From Candidatus Avoscillospira sp. LCP25S3_F1 (GTDB taxonomy: Bacteria > Bacillota > Clostridia > Oscillospirales > Oscillospiraceae), in the NCBI RefSeq assembly GCF_052117125.1, contig NZ_JBQKJT010000001.1, forward strand, positions 46,684 through 70,683: a DNA stretch of 24,000 nt. Reading direction: 5' to 3'. Positions 17,096-24,000 of the stretch are shown here, piece after piece (within the stretch, counting starts at the first letter, position 1; each line of letters begins with the position of its first letter). The notes under the pieces were generated by a model. That model searched no databases. It was not told the origin of the DNA and saw only the letters and a list, made by a program, of their open reading frames with translations. The translations under genes were made by a program, and so were the position numbers.

Positions 17096-17566
17096 GTGGT
17101 AACTTGTACTTTTGCGGGGCATAGAGAAATTTTCGGTATGAGAGATACGGAAATCATCGAGATATTGGAAAAGCTGCTGGAAAACGAAACGGATATGACG
17201 TGCTATGTCGGGGCTATGGGAGAATTTGACGCGCTGTGTGCAGGCGCGGTACGTTCTCTAAAGCAGCGGCACAAGGACAAGAACATTGCGCTTGTTATGG
17301 TGCTTCCCTATATGCAGCAAAAAATCAACGAATACCGGGAATACTACGAAACTGCCTATGATGAAATACTGATACCCATAGAATTAGCAGAAGTCCACTA
17401 CAAACAGGCAATTCCCGCCCGTAACAGGTGGCTTGTCGATCACTCGGATTATCTGATTGCCTGTGTTTGGCGGGATTTTGGGGGTGCTTATAATACACTC
17501 AAATATGCAAAGAAACAGCACAAAAAAATATTCTTGATAGAACGCAATAAAACCGGGGCGCAGTAG
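17096..17566 (+). CDS. SLOG-superfamily protein (DUF1273 / YpsA-like)
   Basis: CTFAGHREI..., GAMGEFDALCAGAV, LVMVLPY, ARNRWLVDHSDYLIACV. This motif order is typical of the YpsA/DUF1273 family. Confidence 0.7.
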   Translation: MVTCTFAGHREIFGMRDTEIIEILEKLLENETDMTCYVGAMGEFDALCAGAVRSLKQRHKDKNIALVMVLPYMQQKINEYREYYETAYDEILIPIELAEVHYKQAIPARNRWLVDHSDYLIACVWRDFGGAYNTLKYAKKQHKKIFLIERNKTGAQ

Positions 17567-17598
17567 CCAATCAATGACTACCACGCCCCGGCTTTTCT
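17553..17598 (+). terminator. rho-independent terminator after the SLOG gene
   Basis: ccggggcg (17553-17560) pairs with cgccccgg (17584-17591), with an inner gtag/ctac pair, followed by cttttct. Confidence 0.6.
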
Positions 17599-17940
17599 AT
17601 GGGTGCAGTCTGGAAGTGTTACGCAGTAAAACGCTGTTTTTGGGGGAACAGGTATAAAGTCCTTGCCCTATCGCCGGATTTTCCCCCACTTCACACCGGA
17701 CGTGCGACTTTCACCGCATCCGGCGTTCCATCGATTGTTTTCACAAGCATTTAATCAATCTCCAAATGAAATACTATTATCGCCGATGGGTTTTATGTCC
17801 CGGATCGGCCCCCCAAGGCTCCGAAAGCCCAAAATGGCGGATTCCTGAAAAAACTGAAACCACAACAGAAGGTCCAACCCGCTCCGGGAAAACATCGGGT
17901 ATAGCAGACTACTACCCTCTCATAGATTGCCTATTGGGAG

Positions 17941-18153
17941 GTGTGTGGTATCAGCAGAAAAAGCGCTCCGCTCCATGTGATTGTCCATGCTCCAAATACA
18001 GAAGCCGGACAGCAGGAGCTGGCAAAACGTGTTGCCGGTGTCCATGCCGATCTGGTCCATCGCTACATACAAACGCTGCCTTGTCCCTCAGAGGAAAAAG
18101 CAGCGTTATTGGATGCCGTTATTGCAACCGTAAAAAAGAGCGCAGGGGATTGA
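17941..18153 (+). CDS. conserved small protein, copy 2 (70 aa from GTG)
   Basis: Paralogue of 3343-3555. The whole block 17853-18184 is about 85-90% identical to 3254-3578, including upstream sequence. Confidence 0.6.
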   Translation: MCGISRKSAPLHVIVHAPNTEAGQQELAKRVAGVHADLVHRYIQTLPCPSEEKAALLDAVIATVKKSAGD

Positions 18154-18184
18154 ACCCGTCAGGGTTTGATCCCCTGCGCTTTTC
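18139..18184 (+). terminator. rho-independent terminator overlapping the small-ORF stop
   Basis: 12-bp stem agcgcaggggat / atcccctgcgct with an inner aaccc/gggtt pair, followed by tttcat. Confidence 0.7.
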
Positions 18185-18490
18185 ATCAGAAAACAGCTCC
18201 TTCAGGTCTGTTGGTCAACTGGCACTGGTATCGCGCCCCAGCTCTTTTTTTCGTTGTAATTACAACATACAGTTTGCAACTTATCCGATACAATAAACTC
18301 GGAAACAAACATGGGGCAGCGTCAAAGACACCTTGTTCGCTGCTGCCTTCGGAACAGGCTCGGTGACGCAAACGCTGCGCCGTATTTGCAAATCCACTAC
18401 CGATACGACGCTTTGCATAACCATTTTGGGCCTGTATCAGTGAAGGTTAAACCATAAACTATTACTATCACACAACAGGAGGTTCGTTTT

Positions 18491-18823
18491 ATGAACGCTA
18501 AAATGAAAAATATCAGTCAGGCAGAGGTTCTGGTCCTGAAGGATCAAATTGCCTACCAGGACGGCCAGGTGGTCAGCAAGACGTTGGCCCAGAACAATGC
18601 GTTGAGCATTACCCTGTTCTCCTTTGCCAAGGGTGAGGAGATCAGCACGCACGAGTCCGGCGGCGACGCCTTTGTCACCTGCCTGGACGGCGTCGGCAAG
18701 ATCACCATTGACGGCGTGGACTATCTGCTCCATGAAGGCGAATCCATTGTGATGCCCGCCGGGCATCCTCACGCCGTATACGGCGAAGAAGCCTTTAAAA
18801 TGATGCTGGTTGTTGTATTTTAA
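18491..18823 (+). CDS. cupin-domain protein (110 aa)
   Basis: GEEISTHESGGDAFVTCLDGVGKITIDGVDYLLHEGESIVMPAGHPHAV is the two-motif cupin signature. AGGAGG plus 8 nt precedes the ATG. Confidence 0.8.
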   Translation: MNAKMKNISQAEVLVLKDQIAYQDGQVVSKTLAQNNALSITLFSFAKGEEISTHESGGDAFVTCLDGVGKITIDGVDYLLHEGESIVMPAGHPHAVYGEEAFKMMLVVVF

Positions 18824-18995
18824 AAGGTCCATGGAGCGGGCAGCACTGTCAAAGTCCTGCTGTATCTGGGTGTTGCCTGATCGTTTTTCCTATGGCGTTT
18901 TCTGAGACAAGGTATGACACAATCCTCTTCGTATGATCTCTGCGTTATGATATACTTGCAGCAATCTATCACATGCGAGCAAAGGAGGATGAACG

Positions 18996-20816
18996 ATGCC
19001 CAACGAGTCAGATGCCATTGCCCTCTATTCCCGCAAGTCCCGGTTTACCGGCAAGGGCGAGAGCATTGGCAATCAGGTGGAGCTATGTAAAGAATATGTG
19101 CGGCTGCACTTTGGAGAGCAGGCCGCGGAACAGCTGGTTATCTACGAAGACGAAGGGTTTTCCGGCGGCAATTTGAACCGTCCGGCCTTCCGGCGCATGA
19201 TGGAAGCGGCCCGGCAGCGGAAGTTCCAAGCCATCATTGTCTACCGTCTCGACCGCATCAGCCGCAATGTCAGCGACTTTTCCGGCCTCATTGAAGAATT
19301 GTCTCGGTTGAATGTTTCCTTTATTTCCATCAAGGAGCAATTCGATACCAGCACCCCCATGGGCCGGGCCATGATGTACATTGCCTCTGTCTTTTCCCAG
19401 CTGGAGCGGGAAACCATTGCCGAACGCATTCGGGACAACATGCAGGAATTAGCCAAAACCGGCCGCTGGTTAGGCGGTACCACCCCCACCGGCTATGCCT
19501 CCGAAGCCGTCAAAAGCGTGACGGTGGACGGCAAAACGAAAAAGGCCTGCAAGTTAAAGTTGATTCCCGAAGAAGCGGAAATCATCAAAACCATTTTTGA
19601 CCTGTATCTGGAAACGGATTCTCTGACCATCACCGAAGCTCGGCTGATGCAGCGTGGAATTCAGACGAAAAGGGGCAATCATTTCACCCGCTTTTCTATC
19701 AAGTCCATTTTGCAGAACCCTGTCTATCTGATCGCCGACCAGGAGGCTTATGATTTCTTTCAGCAGCATGAAACGGACCTGTTTTCTGAGCAGAGCGAGT
19801 TTGACGGTATCCACGGCATAATGGCCTACAACCGTACCGACCAGGAAAAGGGTCGGGCCACCATCTATCTGCCTCCCAGCGACTGGATTGTGTCCGTGGG
19901 CAAGCATCCAGGGTTGATTCCCGGCAAGGCCTGGGTCGCCGTTCAAGAGTCTCTGGAGCGAAACAAATCGAAAGCCTTCCGCAAGCCCCGCAGCAATGAA
20001 GCGCTGCTGACAGGTCTGCTCTATTGCCGCTGCGGCGAACGGATGTACCCCAAGGTCAGCAAGCGGAAAACCGCCAACGGCAGCCCCGTCTATACCTATG
20101 TGTGCAAGTTGAAAGAGCGCAGCCAGCGCGCCCTCTGCAACAACAAAAATGCCAGTGGCAATCTGCTGGACCAGGCCGTTCTGGATCAGCTGAAGCTGCT
20201 CCAGGAGGATCAAGATACGTTTCTCGCCCAGTTGGAACAGAGCCGCAAATTCTACACCGGCAACCGTATGGACTACGAGCAGCGGCTGGATGCCCTGCGG
20301 GGAGAAAAACGTGACCTGGAAAAGAAGCTGGACGCTTTGGTGGATTCCCTGGCAGACCTGGCCGAGTCCGCTGCCCGCGGTCAGGTGTCCCGGCGTATCG
20401 AATCCCTCAGCAGCCAGTGCGACGATCTGGGTAAACGGATTCAGGAGTTGGAGGGGTTGACCTCCCAGCATGCCCTCAGTGATCTGGAGTTTGATCTCCT
20501 GCGGCAGCTGCTGGCTGTTTTCCGGGACGGCATGCAGGAAATGTCCCTGGAGCAGAAACGGGCTGCGGTTCGCACCGTGGTACGCAAAGTGGTCTGGGAT
20601 GGCATCCACGCCCATGTGGTACTGTTTGGCGTGCCGGATGATGAGATTGAATACCCGCCGTTCCCCTCCGACGGTTCTGACCCGGACGGCAACGATACCG
20701 ATGGCGAAACTGACGAACCTTCCACCTGCTCCGATGATGACTACGCAGAAAATCCATCGAATCCCGATGACTCCACCGACGGTACAAAAGCGCATTGGGG
20801 CGGGAATAGCAAATGA
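18996..20816 (+). CDS. large serine recombinase adjoining the sigK fragment (SpoIVCA-like role inferred)
   Basis: IALYSRKSRFTGKGESIGNQ, YRLDRISRNVSDF, the recombinase domain, zinc-ribbon CRCGERMY...YVCKLK...CNN, a coiled coil and an acidic tail. AAAGGAGG precedes the ATG. The stop codon lies inside sigK-homologous DNA. Confidence 0.9.
   Translation: MPNESDAIALYSRKSRFTGKGESIGNQVELCKEYVRLHFGEQAAEQLVIYEDEGFSGGNLNRPAFRRMMEAARQRKFQAIIVYRLDRISRNVSDFSGLIEELSRLNVSFISIKEQFDTSTPMGRAMMYIASVFSQLERETIAERIRDNMQELAKTGRWLGGTTPTGYASEAVKSVTVDGKTKKACKLKLIPEEAEIIKTIFDLYLETDSLTITEARLMQRGIQTKRGNHFTRFSIKSILQNPVYLIADQEAYDFFQQHETDLFSEQSEFDGIHGIMAYNRTDQEKGRATIYLPPSDWIVSVGKHPGLIPGKAWVAVQESLERNKSKAFRKPRSNEALLTGLLYCRCGERMYPKVSKRKTANGSPVYTYVCKLKERSQRALCNNKNASGNLLDQAVLDQLKLLQEDQDTFLAQLEQSRKFYTGNRMDYEQRLDALRGEKRDLEKKLDALVDSLADLAESAARGQVSRRIESLSSQCDDLGKRIQELEGLTSQHALSDLEFDLLRQLLAVFRDGMQEMSLEQKRAAVRTVVRKVVWDGIHAHVVLFGVPDDEIEYPPFPSDGSDPDGNDTDGETDEPSTCSDDDYAENPSNPDDSTDGTKAHWGGNSK
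19021..19174 (+). repeat. direct repeat, right copy (partner 4541-4694)
   Basis: See the left copy. Here the repeat is part of the intact recombinase gene. Confidence 0.95.
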
Positions 20817-21171
20817 AATCCTGATGCACTTTCGCAGCCAGAAAAAGTCCAGCGGCGACGTATCTCTGTCCGATTACATAGAAACGGGCAAGGACGGCAA
20901 CGCTCTTTCTCTGATGGACGTCATCTGCACCGATGATGATCTATTCGAGGACCTCAGCGCCCGGGAGAATGCCGCACGGCTCCACCGGGCCATGAAAGAG
21001 GTCCTGACGGACCGGGAATTGCTGGTGGTCCAGCTTCGGTATGGGCTGGGTGGCCGTAAACCCCTGACCCAGCGGGAGGTGGCCCAGCAATGCGGCATTT
21101 CCCGGTCCTATATCTCCCGCATTGAGAAAAAGGCCCTGCAAAAGCTGGAAGCAGCGTTCCGGGATTCCTGA
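20806..21171 (+). CDS. sigK: 3' segment of a split sporulation sigma factor K gene (spoIIIC-like); no start codon of its own
   Basis: IANEILMHFRSQKKSSGDVSLSDYIETGKDGNALSLMDVICTDDD...RELLVVQLRYGLGGRKPLTQREVAQQCGISRSYISRIEKKALQKL aligns with sigma-K regions 3-4 (B. subtilis [41 protein letters not shown]...[27 protein letters not shown]). Regions 1-2 are absent. Confidence 0.75.
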   Translation: MANEILMHFRSQKKSSGDVSLSDYIETGKDGNALSLMDVICTDDDLFEDLSARENAARLHRAMKEVLTDRELLVVQLRYGLGGRKPLTQREVAQQCGISRSYISRIEKKALQKLEAAFRDS

Positions 21172-21333
21172 TCCGAAACTTTACAAACGTTGCAGGTTTG
21201 TCCTATTGATTGAAATTGGTGCAGGGGACTTTTGTCCCCCGCACACCCCCCTGCTGCTCTCTTACAGCAGATTGTACAGATTGCCGGACAGTCCGATGGG
21301 AGGTTCCTCCTCCCTCCTGTCCGCAAAAGCCGG

Positions 21334-21380
21334 TTGACAAATCTCATTCTGTCTATTATATTAGTAATTGCTTAATTACT
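21334..21380 (+). promoter_or_regulatory. sigma-A promoter with an overlapping palindromic operator (probable ArsR site)
   Basis: TTGACA (21334-21339), a 17-nt spacer, TATATT (21357-21362), followed immediately by AGTAATT-gctt-AATTACT (21363-21380). Confidence 0.6.
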
Positions 21381-21403
21381 TAATTATTATGGAGGAACCC
21401 ACT

Positions 21404-21610
21404 ATGCCATCGAAACGACTGGCCGCCGTAGACAGCGGCCGCTGTGTGGCCTGCGGCAGCTGCTGTAAGGTCTGTCCCAAGGGAGCCGTCACCGTCTGGC
21501 GCGGCGTCTCCGCCGTAGTGGATGGTACGCTGTGCATCGGCTGCGGCAAGTGTCAAAAAGAATGCCCCGCCGGGGCCATCGTCCTCAACAACCGGGAGGC
21601 CGCCGTATGA
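21404..21610 (+). CDS. 2x[4Fe-4S] ferredoxin (68 aa)
   Basis: CVACGSCCKVCP and CIGCGKCQKECP cluster motifs. GGAGGA plus 7 nt precedes ATG 21404. Confidence 0.85.
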   Translation: MPSKRLAAVDSGRCVACGSCCKVCPKGAVTVWRGVSAVVDGTLCIGCGKCQKECPAGAIVLNNREAAV

Positions 21611-22248
21611 ACAAGACAAAACACTGGTACGACTATCTATGGATTGTGACGCCCGTCTATTTCGCCCTGGGCTTCTTCAACATCCTCTTTGCCTGGATCG
21701 GTATGATCTTCTTCTGTCTCCCCCTGTTCATCGCCATTTTCGGCGGCAGCAAACTCTACTGCAATCGCTACTGTGATCGGGGACAATTCTTCACCCTCCT
21801 GGGCAAAAAACTTCATCTGTCCCGCAACGTCCCCACCCCCCGCTGGATTGGCTCCAAATGGTTCCGGTATGGATTTCTGATTTTCTTCTTCGCCATGTTC
21901 TTCCAGATGCTCTGGGTGACGTATCTGGTGGGCGCCGGCGCCAACTCCGTCAGCGCCGCCGTCAAACTGTTCTGGACCTTCCGGGTGCCCTGGGACTGGG
22001 CCTATCACGGCACCGTCTTCGCCCCCTGGGTCGCCCAATTCGCCTTTGGCTTCTACGGTATGATGCTGACCTCCACCCTCATCGGTCTCATCGTCATGGT
22101 TCTGTTCCAGCCCCGCTCCTGGTGCGTCTTCTGCCCCATGGGTACCATGACCCAATGGATCTGCAAGCTGCGGGCCGGAAAAACACCGCCCCCCGCCTGC
22201 TCCGGCAGCTGCGCTTCCTGTTCCCGGGAGGGCTGCGGCCATGGCTGA
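21607..22248 (+). CDS. polytopic membrane protein with Cys motifs (4Fe-4S-binding membrane protein family-like)
   Basis: The ATG overlaps the ferredoxin stop (ATGA). It has several hydrophobic helices, CNRYCDRG and SWCVFCPMGT motifs, and the Cys-rich tail ACSGSCASCSREGCGHG. Confidence 0.7.
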   Translation: MNKTKHWYDYLWIVTPVYFALGFFNILFAWIGMIFFCLPLFIAIFGGSKLYCNRYCDRGQFFTLLGKKLHLSRNVPTPRWIGSKWFRYGFLIFFFAMFFQMLWVTYLVGAGANSVSAAVKLFWTFRVPWDWAYHGTVFAPWVAQFAFGFYGMMLTSTLIGLIVMVLFQPRSWCVFCPMGTMTQWICKLRAGKTPPPACSGSCASCSREGCGHG

Positions 22249-22531
22249 ATTGCAGGAACAGGCCAAAGCCGTGGCGGCCCTTCTGGGACAACTGGCCAAT
22301 GAAAACCGGCTGTTGATTCTCTGCGCCCTGCTGGAAGGACCCAAAACCGTGGGCCAGCTGGGCGAGGCCGTCCCCCACATCACCGGTCCGGCCCTGTCCC
22401 AACACCTGCAAAAGCTCCGGGCGGCGGGTCTGGTGGATGGCACCAAACACGGCCAGTTTGTGGAATACCAGATTGCCGACCAGCGGCTGTACGGCCTGAT
22501 GGAACGGCTGAAAGCCCTGTATTGCGCCTAA
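22241..22531 (+). CDS. ArsR/SmtB-family metalloregulator
   Basis: LGQLANENRLLILCALLEGPKTVGQLGEAVPHITGPALSQHLQKLRAAGLV is a winged HTH with the LxxxxRLxIL motif. It overlaps the upstream gene by 8 nt. Confidence 0.9.
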   Translation: MAELQEQAKAVAALLGQLANENRLLILCALLEGPKTVGQLGEAVPHITGPALSQHLQKLRAAGLVDGTKHGQFVEYQIADQRLYGLMERLKALYCA

Positions 22532-22537
22532 AAAAAC

Positions 22538-22579
22538 ACGCCCGCAGGCGTGCCGAATCATCGGTACGCCTGCGGGCGT
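22538..22579. terminator. bidirectional rho-independent terminator
   Basis: Perfect 14-bp stem acgcccgcaggcgt / acgcctgcgggcgt, with an A-run before and a T-run after, between convergent genes. Confidence 0.85.
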
Positions 22580-22609
22580 TTTTCTGGAACGTTTTCCGTC
22601 AAAAATCGT

Positions 22610-23548
22610 CTATGGTTCTGAAAGCGGCTCCAAGACCGTCTGGGCATACAGATCCGCCACATCGTCCATGGTCACCGGCGCACCGCCGGTACAGGCCGCA
22701 TGGGCCATACTGACCGCCACGGCCCGGCGGGCCGTCTCCTGCCACGCCGTCCCCTGCTCCAGGTCCCACAGGACGCTGGCCAGCAGCGCATCGGCCGCGC
22801 CGCGGGCCGCAGACGCCTCCAGAATGGGGCCGCAGACGTGAAAGCTCTCCCCTGCCGTGACAAACAGTGCCTCCCGGTGGCTCAAGGTCACCACCACCCG
22901 TTCCACACCGTTGGCCGCCACGGTACGGGCTGCCGCTGCCAGGGCTTCCCGGTCCGGCAGTTCCTTCTCACACAGCGCCTCCAACTGGGCCCGGTCGGGC
23001 CGGATGACCGTGGGACCGGCGGCCACACCGATTTTCATGGCCATACCCGCCGTATCCAACGCCGTCCGGATGCCCCGGTCCCGCAGGACTGTAATCCAGT
23101 CGGCCAACTGATGGTCCGTGACGCCGGCGGGATTCTTTCCGGCAAACACCACTGTATCCCCAAGCCGGACCTGTTCCTCCAGCTTTTCCCACAGTTCCTG
23201 GAGGTTCTCCGTCGTCACCGGCTGTCCCGGCTCCAGAATCCGGGTACAGGTGTCGTTGTCCGGGTCCAGAATGGTGAGATTGGTCCGGGTTTCATTGGCG
23301 GTAAAGGTGAAGTCATTGGGGATGCCCAGCATATCCAACTGGTCGCGAATCCAGTCTCCTGCCGCACCGCCGATCAGGCCCATGGCCACGGTACGGGCCC
23401 CCAAGCCCTGGAGCACTCTGGATATCTGGATTCCCTGCCCTCCCGGCGACTGCCGGGAACGCTCCGTCAGGCCCACACTGTCCACCTCAAAGTCCCGCAC
23501 CACCGAGACTTTATCCAGGGCCGGATGCAACGTTACCGTAAAAATCAT
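22610..23548 (-). CDS. PfkB-family sugar-phosphate kinase (1-phosphofructokinase / tagatose-6-phosphate kinase type)
   Basis: MIFTVTLHPALDK..., PGGQGIQISRVL, the DTAG region and a C-terminal GAADALLAS motif. Length is 312 aa. Confidence 0.9.
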   Translation of the reverse strand: MIFTVTLHPALDKVSVVRDFEVDSVGLTERSRQSPGGQGIQISRVLQGLGARTVAMGLIGGAAGDWIRDQLDMLGIPNDFTFTANETRTNLTILDPDNDTCTRILEPGQPVTTENLQELWEKLEEQVRLGDTVVFAGKNPAGVTDHQLADWITVLRDRGIRTALDTAGMAMKIGVAAGPTVIRPDRAQLEALCEKELPDREALAAAARTVAANGVERVVVTLSHREALFVTAGESFHVCGPILEASAARGAADALLASVLWDLEQGTAWQETARRAVAVSMAHAACTGGAPVTMDDVADLYAQTVLEPLSEP

Positions 23549-23773
23549 ACTGACTTCTCCTGTTTCTTTTACTGTCTACCATTATAATCCCTTTTCCCCA
23601 AAATGTAAATGAAAATCCCATCCTTTGGCGCCATCCCCGGAAACTGGCCGCATTGTTTCCACATTCTTAACATTTCCCCGGCAAAACCGTATTTACACCA
23701 CCCGGCAATCGTGGTATGATAGAGCGTAACGGTTTTTCGACCGAAACCGACAACAGTTGATTGGAGTGACATC

Positions 23774-24000
23774 TTGAGTCAGGTGAAGCTATTTGGCGGC
23801 AAAAGCAGACGGGCCGCCCCCCAGTCCTCCGCCCCTCGGGCGCGGAACAAGAAACAGCGCTCGCCGCTGAAACTCATTACGGTGATCCTTACCATTTTGG
23901 CCGTGCTGGAGTGCGGCTATTTCGTCTGCGTCTATTCCAACATTCCCTTTATTGCCAAGTGGCGGGAAATCTACATTCAGACGGCCATGGACACCATGAG
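23774..24000 (+). CDS. partial membrane-anchored protein (N-terminal 75 codons, continues past the window end)
   Basis: Open frame from TTG 23774 (GGAG 8 nt upstream; alternative GTG 23783). It has a basic N-terminus, then the helix LKLITVILTILAVLECGYFVCVY. Confidence 0.45.
   Translation, partial: MSQVKLFGGKSRRAAPQSSAPRARNKKQRSPLKLITVILTILAVLECGYFVCVYSNIPFIAKWREIYIQTAMDTM

Noticed and set aside
19554-20829. 413-aa and 117-aa minus-strand ORFs
   Set aside because: They lie antisense to the well-supported serine recombinase gene, a typical GC-rich shadow frame.
20470-21171. Single 233-aa CDS as listed in the ORF track
   Set aside because: Only the last about 122 codons are sigma-factor-like. 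The first about 110 codons are an alternate frame of the recombinase gene, so this is a gene fragment and not a full ORF.
21637-23612. Long ORFs antisense to the membrane-protein/ArsR genes and to the PfkB kinase (269, 155, 295, 164 aa)
   Set aside because: Pro/Gly/Arg-rich shadow frames in high-GC DNA. The sense-strand genes have clear family motifs and ribosome-binding sites.

Overview
This is a mosaic accessory region that looks like it comes from a spore-forming Clostridia-class Firmicute. The right edge (about 20.8-24 kb, visibly GC-richer) is chromosome. It holds only the 3' segment of a sporulation sigma-K gene, an ArsR-controlled ferredoxin / Cys-rich membrane protein operon, a PfkB-family sugar kinase and a partial membrane protein. 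Everything to the left is inserted DNA. A large serine recombinase (18996-20816) abuts and slightly overlaps the sigK fragment, so the window appears to lie inside a skin-like sigK-intervening element of at least 20.8 kb whose left end is off-window. Inside that element are three modules. (i) A three-gene operon ending in a partial DEAD/DEAH helicase with zinc-ribbon inserts (1-3179), a candidate defence-type module. (ii) A DinJ-YafQ toxin-antitoxin pair. (iii) A 14.5-kb unit bracketed by a 146/154-bp direct repeat of the recombinase gene 5' end. This unit carries its own TnpX/TndX-like serine recombinase, sigma/HTH regulators, MobC + relaxase + candidate oriT and a SLOG/DUF1273 protein. At the window centre it also carries a complete diversity-generating retroelement (avd - TR - RT - target with VR) that diversifies an N-proximal domain of a 1031-aa surface protein with SLH domains and a sortase signal. 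No rRNA, tRNA or CRISPR array was seen. ORF-track starts are upper bounds; where a ribosome-binding site supports a later start I give that coordinate.
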